DNA of 24,079 nucleotides. It comes from Gemmatimonadota bacterium (GTDB lineage Bacteria > Gemmatimonadota > Gemmatimonadetes > Longimicrobiales > Gaopeijiaceae). Numbering within the stretch: position 1 is the first letter of the stretch; the number at the start of each line of letters is the position of its first letter. Below the pieces are notes generated by a model. The model worked only from the letters and a program-made list of their open reading frames with translations. It was not told the DNA's origin and searched no databases. The stretch is taken from assembly GCA_039589315.1 (NCBI GenBank), contig JBDHHQ010000066.1, positions 1 to 24,079 on the forward strand. The letters are read 5' to 3'. A program made the translations under genes and the position numbers. Of the stretch, positions 1 through 8,105 are shown piece after piece.

Positions 1-103
1 TGCGGCGGCTGGTCGCGTAGGACATTACGCCGTAGATGCTCACGGTCGTCAGGACGGCCGCGGTTCCGGCAAAGAGCATCATGAGGGTGGTGATGAAACC
101 CAT
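1..103 (-). pseudogene. C-terminal FtsX-domain portion of an ADOP/MacB-type ABC permease; runs off the window start
   Basis: Translates MGFITTLMMLFAGTAAVLTTVSIYGVMSYATSRR, matching the 'LFAGLALLLGAVGIYGVMSFSVTQR' segment near the C-terminus of the ADOP permease at 18769-21453. An in-frame TAG lies immediately before the ATG, so the N-terminal bulk is absent. Confidence 0.7.
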
Positions 104-211
104 CTAGTCCTTTGCAACCAAGGGACCGGTCCTGGCTGACCGGGCACGGCGGGTCGCCGGGTTCTAGGCGGTCGGCGGTAGGGGTCCGGCTCCAAGGTCC
201 CCACCCAGGAC

Positions 212-234
212 GTGAGCGGGTTTGTGTGCGGGTT
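212..234 (+). repeat. Tandem direct repeat GTG(A/T)GCGGGTT, putative integrase arm-type sites
   Basis: GTGAGCGGGTT at 212-222 and GTGTGCGGGTT at 224-234 (12-nt period), about 105 nt upstream of the tRNA fragment. Confidence 0.5.
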
Positions 235-339
235 CTCGTTCAGGGGAACCTTGAAACAGGGCAGGGCCCTGTACCGAGAAACCAGAAGGATGCGCCCGAG
301 TCATGCGGTTTCCCCGCAAGATCAGGCCTCTGGCGACAT

Positions 340-384
340 GCTTCCCAAGCTGAGGGTCGCCGGTTCGAATCCGGTCGCCCGCTC
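340..384 (+). tRNA. 3' fragment of tRNA-Gly(CCC), probable att site of an integrative element
   Basis: GCTTCCCAAGCTGAGGGTCGCCGGTTCGAATCCGGTCGCCCGCTC contains the anticodon loop TT-CCC-AA, a perfect T-arm (GCCGG-TTCGAAT-CCGGT) and the 3' acceptor strand CGCCCGC. No complementary GCGGGCG or D-arm lies upstream. Confidence 0.85.
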
Positions 385-400
385 TGGAGGTAAGTGAAAG

Positions 401-428
401 CGGCGGTTGGCTTTGGCCGGCCGCCGTT
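401..428 (+). terminator. GC-rich hairpin downstream of the tRNA fragment
   Basis: CGGCGGTTGGC-TTTG-GCCGGCCGCCG forms an 11-bp stem including G:U pairs. The T-tail is weak. Confidence 0.45.
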
Positions 429-486
429 CGCCGTCTTGGACGGGAGCGGCGAAGGGGACCACACGGCGGTCGGCCCCACCAATGGG

Positions 487-1134
487 TCACCACAGGCCGC
501 GGATTCGTCGAAGCAGCCGGCGGAAGGGTCCCTCGACACATTGATCCCACTTTCTGTAGCGCCGCGTGTCCACGTGGAACCGCGTTCCGCAATATAGGCC
601 GAGCCCCACCGAGTGGCCCGGACCCGTCTCCGCCCAGATGCTCTTGAGGGTCGCGAACAACTCGCCTCGCCCGATGGGCTCCCTCGGCACGAGGTCGACC
701 GCGGAGAAGCGCCGGTGTTGGCTGCGGCTCGCTCCGCCGGCGGCGCTGTTGTACTCGGGCGTCCGAAAGGCCGATACGACCTCGACCTCGCCGATCCGCG
801 GCCTCAGCTCGGCGCGAATGAACCGTAGCGTCGGTACGATATTGGGCCAGGCGGCGCGCGGCGGAACGGCGAACGGCGGCAATCCGAGCTTCCGGTAGTC
901 GGTTCCCTGACGTAGCAACTCTGGCGGATCGACGACGGTCCCCACCTGATGGTCGTGGAGGAACTCCGTGAACGCCCCGACCTCCCGTGCTGCTTCCTCG
1001 TCCTCCAGGAACGCGAGCCACTCCTGCTCCGTTGGTGGGTGGTCGGATAGCCCGCAGCCCGGGAGGGCCAGTGCTCCCATGACGAGCAGCAGCGCCTCGA
1101 GTGGTCGCCGGTGAATCGTCGGCGTCGCGCTCAT
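487..1134 (-). CDS. Peptidase M15A family (D-Ala-D-Ala carboxypeptidase-like Zn metallopeptidase) lipoprotein; cassette copy 1, intact
   Basis: Motifs SAFRTPEYN..GGASRSQH..SAVD and GLGLY..FHVDTR; lipobox-like LALPGC. The start codon is uncertain (1170, 1134 or 1080). Confidence 0.85.
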   Translation of the reverse strand: MSATPTIHRRPLEALLLVMGALALPGCGLSDHPPTEQEWLAFLEDEEAAREVGAFTEFLHDHQVGTVVDPPELLRQGTDYRKLGLPPFAVPPRAAWPNIVPTLRFIRAELRPRIGEVEVVSAFRTPEYNSAAGGASRSQHRRFSAVDLVPREPIGRGELFATLKSIWAETGPGHSVGLGLYCGTRFHVDTRRYRKWDQCVEGPFRRLLRRIRGLW

Positions 1135-1205
1135 ACTCCAGCCGGTCGACGAGTGGTCGGTCCCGCCCACCTCAGCGGCCCTTCCGGACAGACAACTTGC
1201 GCAAC

Positions 1206-1350
1206 ATGAGGAGCCCCATACGTCACCGACGAATCTTGGTCACGGCAACCTCCAAGAGCCTTCGACCGCTGACCACGATAACGCTCCTCGAGGGCAGGCA
1301 CACGGTGTTCGCGACCACGCGCGATCCCACAGGGAAGAACGGTGATTCTG
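1206..1350 (+). pseudogene. N-terminal fragment of an SDR oxidoreductase (copy 1)
   Basis: RILVTATSKSLRPLTTITLLEGRHTVFATTRDPTGKN is a decayed form of 'ILVTGASSGFG...GHTVFATMRD'; the glycine motif is lost. Confidence 0.6.
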
Positions 1351-1513
1351 CCTCGGGTTCGCGAGGTTGGTTGCGTTGCTCGGATTTGTCATCGATGCTA
1401 CCGACGGACGTCGACGCAACGAGAACAGCGACGACGGGCAACGCCGAAGCTGCCTGCTCAGCATTGTTGGCGCGAAGACCCCCCTCGTTCGTAGCACACG
1501 ACGGAGCCGGACA

Positions 1514-2077
1514 CTGAAAGACGACCATCCGACCATCTCAGGGGGCCAGAACCGGCGGTGGACGGCGCGACGGCGGACGCTTCCGACCCTGCTGGCAACC
1601 CTCGTCGCCGGCTGCGGCTCTCCTGAGACCCAGGGGCCCTCGGCACCGCTGAGCTCGAGCGACAGCGCATCGATCCACCAGCTCCGGCGAGCATTTTCAG
1701 AGACGCAGCTTTCCGGAGCCTGGCGCCGGCAGGCTGGACTGTTCACCCCGGACGGGGCCCTCCTCGAGGGGCGACGGCGACCCCTCATCGGCAGAGCCGC
1801 GATCCGGGGAGGGCTCGGGGAATTCGACATCGCCGTAGACACCTTCGACCTCAGCTCCCGAGAGGTGGCAGGCAACCGGACCCTGGCCGTGGATCGAGGA
1901 CGTTACGTGATCGGGGTCCGGACTTCCAGGTCGGGGCCTCTGGTTCGCGATTCCGGGTGGTATCTGATGGTCCTGAAGGGACAGCGAAACAGGTGGCGGA
2001 TCGCGGCTCTGACCCATCACTCAGACGGAAGATCCGAGGCGGATTCGGCATGGCAATCAACGAGCACCAACCGGTGA
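1514..2077 (+). CDS. DUF4440/YybH (SnoaL/NTF2-like) lipoprotein A, copy 1
   Basis: Lipobox LVAGC; LFTPDG..IGRAAIR..LAVDRGRY..GWYLMVLK..WRI. The start is uncertain: a CTG at 1514 follows GGAG, and the frame is open from 1367. Paralog of 8106-8665. Confidence 0.75.
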   Translation: MKDDHPTISGGQNRRWTARRRTLPTLLATLVAGCGSPETQGPSAPLSSSDSASIHQLRRAFSETQLSGAWRRQAGLFTPDGALLEGRRRPLIGRAAIRGGLGEFDIAVDTFDLSSREVAGNRTLAVDRGRYVIGVRTSRSGPLVRDSGWYLMVLKGQRNRWRIAALTHHSDGRSEADSAWQSTSTNR

Positions 2078-2500
2078 GGTCCGCTCGGCATCCAAGAGCC
2101 CGACCTCGACCACCCTCGTCGCTCACGGCCTCTTGCCTGGTTGGGGCAGTCGGTCTTTCCTTGGCCGCATGCTCCGACGATTCCGGTACCGTTGGGCGTT
2201 TGCACGAAGCGGTCCCCGGTGTCGAGGTCTGGCAACGGCGTACGTGAACGCCGTCCTTTCAAGAGATTCCGCGGATTTCGCGGCACTCTACCACGCGGAG
2301 GCCGTCCAACTCCCCCCGGGAGAGCCGGCCGTCGAAGGCCGTGGTGCCATCATGGAGCGTTTCGCGAGGTCTCGGAGCGACACCGAAACCGGTGGTCCGG
2401 TGAGCTTCTGGGGGTTCTCCTGGAGCGTCGACGGCATCGGTGGAGATCTCGCCTACGACCATGGGATGTATCAATTCCAGGTGACGTACGAGGACGGCGA
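2074..2500 (+). pseudogene. DUF4440 lipoprotein B, copy 1; frameshifted and 3'-truncated
   Basis: The GTG overlaps the upstream TGA; lipobox LAAC. One base is missing at about 2228 relative to copy 2 (GAG-GT-CTG vs GAA-GCT-CTG). Homology to 8670-9206 ends at QVTYEDGE. Confidence 0.8.
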
Positions 2501-2865
2501 ACCCGGTAGCGGCCGGGCTCTGGGGGTCGGTCGCGCCGGCCTTCGAACGTACCGTCCCATATCGCGACCTTGTGGCCCGGCGTCGGATCCGTCCAGGTGA
2601 AGGTCCTGCGCTCTCCGCCGAGGGTCCCTCGGCGCGACACGACGAGGTCGATGCACCCAATCGTAGGAGCCACGGCTCTGGAAAAGCCGGCCGCCTCCGA
2701 GCGTCGATCTCGAACGGTGAAGGTGATGCGGGCAGACTCGCCCTCGTCGACGCGCGACAGTCGTGGTCGAACCCGGAGATCGGTGATCCAATCGCCAACC
2801 GTGGTCGGCTCGGCGCACGCCGCAGTCGCGGTCCAGGCGAGGATCAGGACGATTGGGACTCGCAC
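2498..2865 (-). pseudogene. N-terminal half (signal + FlgD Ig-like domain) of the Tlde1-like lipoprotein, copy 1; catalytic domain deleted
   Basis: VRVPIVLILAWTATAAC...AIWDGTFEG..PPEPGRYRVR aligns with 10182-11129 up to GRYRVR, then abuts the truncated DUF4440 B. Confidence 0.85.
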
Positions 2866-2913
2866 GCTCGGAATCTTCGCTGTGAAGCGGCCCCGTGACG
2901 AGGAGTCGGAGCA

Positions 2914-2947
2914 ACGACCGCCACCTGGGGTCGGAGGTGGCGGTCGT
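2914..2947 (-). terminator. Hairpin, probable intrinsic terminator of the small lipoprotein gene (copy 1)
   Basis: ACGACCGCCACCT-N8-AGGTGGCGGTCGT is a perfect 13-bp stem, conserved in copy 2. Confidence 0.6.
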
Positions 2948-2983
2948 CTCCTCTCGCGGAGGGAGGGAACCGGGCTAGGACCT

Positions 2984-3276
2984 CTACCTCTTCCCAGGGC
3001 GCTCGCAGGGAGTCGTCTTGCCGGGAGCCGCCTCGACACTGGTGCCGCTCAAGTCGGGGGGCCCGCCCACGTTGTTGTCGACGGTCACGGTCCGGCTGTC
3101 CACCCAGCCCTCGCACACGTAGCAGTCGGCCGGGTGTCGCTCTGGAGCTGCCTCATTCCGTTCTTGAAATGGGATCTTACGCATGACCTCCCCGGGGCGG
3201 CCAACGCCATCTCTCTCTCTCTCGCACGCGCAGCACGTCCCTTCAACCCCCCACCGCCCCACATCAGGGAGGGCAT
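2984..3276 (-). pseudogene. Degraded homolog of the small Cys-rich lipoprotein (copy 1)
   Basis: DCYVCEGWVDSRTVTVDNNVGG..TPC matches DCIVCEASVDSRTVTVDNNVGG..TPC of 11238-11528. No intact in-frame signal peptide; the 5' limit is approximate. Confidence 0.6.
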
Positions 3277-3469
3277 GCGGTAGCGTACGCCTATCCGAAC
3301 CGGGCCGGGAACGTGTGCACCGTCCAGCCGTCGCCGGCCTCCTTGATGGTTGCGCACAGGATGGTCCCGCCGTCGTCCGGACGTTGACCAGGCCGAAGTG
3401 GTTCCTGGTCATGATCCGCGATTTCCAGACCGACCGGTTGCCGTACCAGATGCTGAACAGCTCGTGCAC

Positions 3470-3530
3470 CGTCCGGCTGCAATCCTCGCAGCGAGCGCGA
3501 GCGAAGCCGTCGTGACCCGCCACGGAGGAC
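3470..3530 (-). mobile_element. Tiny remnant resembling an IS91-family transposase zinc-binding domain
   Basis: LRGG..GFARARCEDCSR resembles the 'LRCG..HGFARVRCxxC' signature. The rest of the transposase is absent. Confidence 0.4.
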
Positions 3531-3532
3531 GA

Positions 3533-4336
3533 TTACCATTCCGCCGTTGGTGGGGCGTCGTACTCCAGGTCTAGCAGGTCCGATATGGTGGCGAAAACGT
3601 AGCCTTGTTCCCTCAACGTCCTAATGATCTCGGGTAAGGCCTCGGCCGTGTGCCAGCCCCGGCCGTTGGCATGCATGATTACGATCGAACCGGGCCGCAC
3701 CTGTTCCACGACCCATGGAATCATCCTCTCGGCGGTTATCTCCGGGTCCGGGTCGCCGCTAACGACATCCCACTGGATAGTGTGCAAGCCGTGAGCTTCG
3801 ATCACCGCCAAGGCTTCGTCAGTGTACGTGCCGTATGGTAGCCGGAACAACCTTGATTGCCGACCCAATAGGTCCCACATCGCTTGTTGGGTCAGGATGA
3901 CTTCCGAGGCCATCTGATCGGGCGTGATCTGAGCGAAATCGAGGTGGCTCCAGCCGTGATTACCCAATTCAAACAGTTCACTCGCCGCCAGTTCCTTCGC
4001 TGCCTTTTCATTATGCGTCATCCACAGGCCACCCAGGAAGAAAGTGGCCGGCACGTCGTTTTCAGTGAGCACCCTGACTATCTCCGCGTCGTATCCCGCC
4101 GGATCTCCTTCCCGCTCGCCAATGTCAAACGTCAAGGCAACCTTCATGTCCGTTCGAGTCCCGTTCGTGATCGGACCACCTTCGTTGGCGTTCAGAAAGA
4201 ACTGTGCGAGATAGACGAACGCCGCACAGGCGATCAGGCCTAGTACCGCCACCACGACAGCGACGACAAGACGGTGCGTTCGCAGCCCATCATCGCTTCG
4301 CGATAGAGAGTCCCTGTCCCGGCCATTGAACCCCAT
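3533..4336 (-). CDS. Membrane-anchored polysaccharide deacetylase (CE4/NodB)
   Basis: N-terminal TM helix; VALTFDIG, ATFFLGG, GNHGWSH, FRLPYG, WDVVSGD and IVIMH motifs. Confidence 0.92.
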   Translation of the reverse strand: MGFNGRDRDSLSRSDDGLRTHRLVVAVVVAVLGLIACAAFVYLAQFFLNANEGGPITNGTRTDMKVALTFDIGEREGDPAGYDAEIVRVLTENDVPATFFLGGLWMTHNEKAAKELAASELFELGNHGWSHLDFAQITPDQMASEVILTQQAMWDLLGRQSRLFRLPYGTYTDEALAVIEAHGLHTIQWDVVSGDPDPEITAERMIPWVVEQVRPGSIVIMHANGRGWHTAEALPEIIRTLREQGYVFATISDLLDLEYDAPPTAEW

Positions 4337-4349
4337 AGCGGCCTACGTC

Positions 4350-4715
4350 AGTCCAAGTAGCTCGTCAAATATCGTCACGCTAACCACACTGGTCGCGTGT
4401 GCCAGGTGCCCGACGTCATCATGTGTGAGCCAGTGCCATCGCTCTTCATTGGGCCAGATCTGGAGAGTGCCGGAAACTCACGTCACGTAAGCGGTTTGTC
4501 GGCGGGTCGGCGACCAGCCTTGACCGGTGCTGTTGACGTCCGTAAGCCTGGCTTCGCTTCCGGTTCCCACATCCATCTTGCATATGGCGGCCTGGCTGCT
4601 GTCCAGAGCGCAGGCACTGTAGCCGACATACCGGCTGTCATGCGACCAACTGGGCCAGAAGCTCTCACGTTGGACCAGCATATGCTGTCTTGCCCATCCC
4701 AGTCCATGAGGTGTA
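4350..4715 (-). pseudogene. TolB-like (PD40) beta-propeller fragment
   Basis: FWPSWSHDSRYVGYS..ICKMDVGTGSEARLT..WSP..AYV, then a stop at 4478. No start of its own; limits are approximate. Confidence 0.55.
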
Positions 4716-5078
4716 CCCAGCAATTGAGATCCGAGCATGACCGTCGCCTCGGCAACCGCGATCCGGCGCCCCACTCTCACCGTCGTCGCGGTCGCTGTGA
4801 CCGCCGCACCGACCCGGCCGCTCGCGAGGAAGTTGATCTTGAACTCGATGCCGGTGATGCGGCTTCGGGGGCGGAAGAGCGCGCAGGACCGCGTAGACGC
4901 ACGCCGTGTCGGCAGCAGCGGAAATCACGCCGCCATGGAGCACGCCGTTCTCCTGCATGAGCTCGTCGCGAGCATCCAGCTCGACACAAGCCCTGCCGGG
5001 CTCAGCCCGTTCGCCGAGGCGAAGGCCAAGGAGACGGTTGAACGGTACTCGGTCGAACGCCTCGCTGGTCGCTTCCAT
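4716..5078 (-). pseudogene. PaaI family (hotdog) thioesterase, frameshifted and fused to the TolB fragment
   Basis: PFNRLLG..NGVLHGGVISAAADTA, a frameshift near the G-run at 4867-4871, then ITGIEFKINFL..VGRRIAVAEATV. Confidence 0.8.
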
Positions 5079-5330
5079 GGCCGTCTCCGCCGTCTCGATG
5101 AAAGGACGGAAGCGGAGGGCCGTGTACGTGTCCGCTGCCGAGTTGCCCACGATCACACACGGAATTGCCACGGCCGCTCCCGCCCTCCAATTATGGAGCG
5201 CAGGAGAACGGACGCCAGCGCAGGAGAGCGAGGGCCGGGCAGGGGAGTGAGGCGCCGGCAAAGCCTCGACCGGGGCCGAGCGTACAGGTTCCGCCCGCAC
5301 GCCTGAGGCTGGGAGGATCGTGACCAAAGG

Positions 5331-6617
5331 GTGGGCAACGTGGAGCTAGAGACCGGGCGCGGGCGCAATCTCAGCCGTGCACTGCCGGCTCTGGGTGCTG
5401 GCGCGCTCCTCGGCGCCACACTCGCTTGTGAGTCTGTTACGGCCCCTCCCGCTTTGCCCTTCTCGGGTGCAGAGATCGGTGTCGACTTCGAGGGCGCTTC
5501 TCTGGGGAGCTGGCAAGAGGTGGATGCCGGCCGATTCGTCCTGGAGATCCGGCGGGACACGAACTCGGACTTCGCCAGGTGGTACTCGTTCCGAGTCCGG
5601 AGCGGCATCGACACACCGCTCAACTTCGAGGTGCAGAACGCGGGGGATGTCTCCGTTCCCGAAGCGTGGCCCATGAACCGTCCCGCCGTGAGTGCCGATG
5701 GCGGATGGACCTGGGGCCGGATCGCCGACACACGGTACGACGGGATGACCTTCGCGTTCCGGCACACGCCGCGGTCTGACGACGAGTGGATCGCCCTCGC
5801 CCCGGTCTACAACTTTTCGCGCTGGTTGGCGATGGTCGACGAGATCCGAGACCATCCCATGGTCGACACGCTCGAGGTGCTGGCGAACACGTTGGAGGGA
5901 CGCCCCGTGCATCTCGTGAAGGTCACGGATCCGGCCGCTCCGGATGCCGAGAAGCGCGCGGTTTGGGTCATTGGGCGGCAACATCCCGCGGAGGTAGGAG
6001 GATCGTGGAAGGGCGAGGGACTTCTGCGGTGGTCGCTCGGAGATGATCCGCAGGCGGCGGAGTTCCGGCGGCGGGCCTCCCTCTACATGATTCCCTTCAT
6101 GAACCCCGACGGCGTGTGGAACGGCAACTACAGGGTGAACGTTGCGGGGGCGAACCTGAACCGTGAATGGGAGAACCCGGATCCGGCCACGGCCCCGTCG
6201 GTCGCCGCTGCTGCGGCTCGGATCGAGAGCTTCGTGGCAGCCGGAGGTGACATCGCCTTCTTCGCGGACCTGCACTCCTTCACCATCCTGCGGAAGAACT
6301 TCTTCTTCTATGCCGGTGCCGATCGCGCTCCCCCCGAAAGGGTCCAGGAAGTCGAGGCGCTCATGGCCCGGTTCGAGGAGATCAACGGTGACTTCACGCG
6401 GGACGGGTCTGAGCCATCGGCGGATGAAAGGCGGTTCGCGCGCGGGTGGATCCACGAGACCTTCGGGGTCCAGGCCGTGACGTTCGAATCCGCCTACCAG
6501 GACGTTACCTATGGGCCCCACGCCGGGATGTTCATGACTCCGGAGCGCTACATGGCCCTGGGCGAAGGACTGGGAGGGGCCGTGGCCGAGGTTCTGTTTG
6601 CCATCGCCGCTCAGTAG
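5331..6617 (+). CDS. M14 family zinc carboxypeptidase (cytosolic-carboxypeptidase-like) lipoprotein
   Basis: RQHPAE (HxxE), PFMNPDG..GNYR, NLNREW, DLHS; N-terminal DFEGASLG..WYSF domain; lipobox TLAC. Confidence 0.9.
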   Translation: MGNVELETGRGRNLSRALPALGAGALLGATLACESVTAPPALPFSGAEIGVDFEGASLGSWQEVDAGRFVLEIRRDTNSDFARWYSFRVRSGIDTPLNFEVQNAGDVSVPEAWPMNRPAVSADGGWTWGRIADTRYDGMTFAFRHTPRSDDEWIALAPVYNFSRWLAMVDEIRDHPMVDTLEVLANTLEGRPVHLVKVTDPAAPDAEKRAVWVIGRQHPAEVGGSWKGEGLLRWSLGDDPQAAEFRRRASLYMIPFMNPDGVWNGNYRVNVAGANLNREWENPDPATAPSVAAAAARIESFVAAGGDIAFFADLHSFTILRKNFFFYAGADRAPPERVQEVEALMARFEEINGDFTRDGSEPSADERRFARGWIHETFGVQAVTFESAYQDVTYGPHAGMFMTPERYMALGEGLGGAVAEVLFAIAAQ

Positions 6618-6677
6618 AGCTGGGGAGATGAATCCGGAAGCGGTGCGGATGAACGATTCGCGCGGGTTCGGCGATCG

Positions 6678-6753
6678 GCGGTGACGTGGCGGCTGCGTCG
6701 GAACTTGAAAACCCGCGTCCGCAAGGGCTCGCGGCTTCGAATCCCGGCCCCGC
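6678..6753 (+). pseudogene. Decayed class II tRNA (Leu- or Ser-like)
   Basis: CGTGGCGG, anticodon-like CGGAA-CTTGAAA-ACCCG, long variable arm GTCC-GCAA-GGGC, T-loop TTCGAATCCC and 3' CCCCGCA. The D-loop is missing and the stems are mismatched. Confidence 0.55.
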
Positions 6754-6779
6754 AGTTGTCTGTTTGCAACCAGGACGTA

Positions 6780-7150
6780 GGCCGGATATCGGCGGCCGCG
6801 AAGCGGACCTCGGGGACTCCGTCGTGGGCCAGCGTGTGAGGGAGTCGCTGGGCGTGTTCGGATGTGCGGCCGCAGTAGCACGGAGCACCGTGTCTTCGGC
6901 CTCTGCCAGCCGGGCGAGCGTGCCTGCTGCGGTGTTGGGGTGCCGGGCCACGATCCGGGCGGCCCAGGGCCCGAGCCGGGCGATGGACTCGAGCTCGAGG
7001 GGTTCGAGGGCCGAGTCCGGCGGCACCGATCCAAGGGGCTCGCGCGAGCTACCCGCGCGCTCCAGGAGGTCCAGGAAGTCACCCGGCATGTTGACATGCC
7101 GAGCCGCCCACTCGCGCGAGCCGCGGATGCTGTCGGACTGGCTCCTATTT
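6780..7150 (-). pseudogene. Leucine-rich-repeat-variant (LRV/HEAT-like) repeat protein fragment
   Basis: Repeats REWAARHVNMP, RIVARHPNTAAGTLARLA and RATAAAHPNTPSDSLT; after a frameshift near 6832 it continues LAHDGVPEVRFAAA. Confidence 0.6.
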
Positions 7151-7219
7151 TCAAGAAGCTCCTCCGCGCATGGCTGCGCAGGCACTGCTTTCCAGTCAGG
7201 GCCAAGTGATGGAGGAATC

Positions 7220-7714
7220 ATGAGTGATGTTACGTCGCTGACACAGAACATCATCAGGGCGAATGGCCTTTACGACTGGCTCAAGGACTTCCCTTGGCTG
7301 ACCGGGCACTTGGGTGACCCCCATGCCGCGGTCTGGTTTGTGGCCGAGAACCCGAGCCTAGCGGGCGTAAGGGGGGTGGACGCGCGGTTCACCGACAAGT
7401 CAGCGAACCTACAGTGGACCTGCCTTCCCGGAACCTCCAGCCGACTTTGGCGCGACGCGATCACTGAGGCCGGCCTCAAGAGGGGACACCCGTGCGACGA
7501 TGAAGGATGGCGATGCTACATAACCAACGCGGACAAGGAGCTCCAGCAGGTCACGGCGCGCAACCAGAAGAAGAACTCGTCGTTCATGCGGCAGCAGGCG
7601 ATTCGTTGGCTGCCCGTCCTCCAAGCGGAGATCGACGAGGGGAACCCGAAGGTGCTCGTCGCACTGGGCGCGCAAGCCGAGAAGCTCCTGCGGAGCCATC
7701 CCTCGCTACACTGA
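7220..7714 (+). pseudogene. Uracil-DNA glycosylase superfamily protein, 3'-truncated
   Basis: GGAGGA RBS before ATG 7220; GDPHAAVWFVAENP, YITNADK and PKVLVALGAQA motifs. Sequence after about 7681 is homologous to the antisense strand of the M15 gene. Confidence 0.7.
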
Positions 7715-7911
7715 TCCCACCTTCTGTACTTGCGCGTGTCGACGTGAAACCGCCTTCCGCAATAGAGGCCGAGGCCAACCGAGTCGGCCGCGCCGTGCTC
7801 CGCCCACACGCTGTCGAGGGTCCGCACCAGCTCACCTCGCTCGACAGGGTTCTTCGGCACGAGGTCCACCGCGGAAAAGCGCCGGTGTTGACTGCGGCTC
7901 GCTCCGCCAGC
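7681..7911 (-). pseudogene. C-terminal fragment of the M15 peptidase (copy 2)
   Basis: GGASRSQHRRFSAVDLVP..GLGLYCGRRFHVDTRKYRRWDQC aligns with about 510-741. The N-terminus is missing. Confidence 0.85.
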
Positions 7912-7922
7912 AATGCAGATAC

Positions 7923-8030
7923 GTGACCACGATAACGCTCCTCGAGCTCAGCCACACGGTGGTCGCGACCACGCCAGCTCCCACACGGAAGAACGTCGGC
8001 CACACGCGTGACCGTGAGAGCTTGCGGCAA
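7923..8030 (+). pseudogene. SDR fragment (copy 2)
   Basis: TGACCACGATAACGCTCCTCGAG is identical to 1270-1292; translates VTTITLLELSHTVVATT. Confidence 0.6.
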
Positions 8031-8105
8031 ACCCCCCGCCTGTCGACGTTCCCGATCAGGACGTCAGGCGAAGGCGCCGCACCCGCGCCGCTGTGAGGTC
8101 GGACA

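Noticed and set aside
305..387. Complete functional tRNA-Gly
   Set aside because: There is no 5' acceptor strand or D-arm; only the 3' half is present.
164..1021. 285-aa Arg-rich ORF
   Set aside because: Alternative frame of the M15 gene that runs through the tRNA fragment.
3210..3223. (TC)7 tract as a phase-variation switch
   Set aside because: It is short and lies in an already degraded gene.
3291..3470. Possible phosphatase C-terminal fragment (NHFGLVNV)
   Set aside because: Too short and frameshifted to support a call.
5197..5227. AGCGCAGGAGA direct repeat (20-nt period)
   Set aside because: Only two copies and no other instance noticed; chance cannot be excluded.
5346..7205. 619-aa minus-strand ORF
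   Set aside because: Antisense shadow of the M14 gene in high-GC DNA, with no motifs apart from a short LRV tail.
7696..7704. HPS as UDG motif B
   Set aside because: It is too close to VALG and lies within sequence homologous to the antisense M15 gene, so it is probably coincidental.
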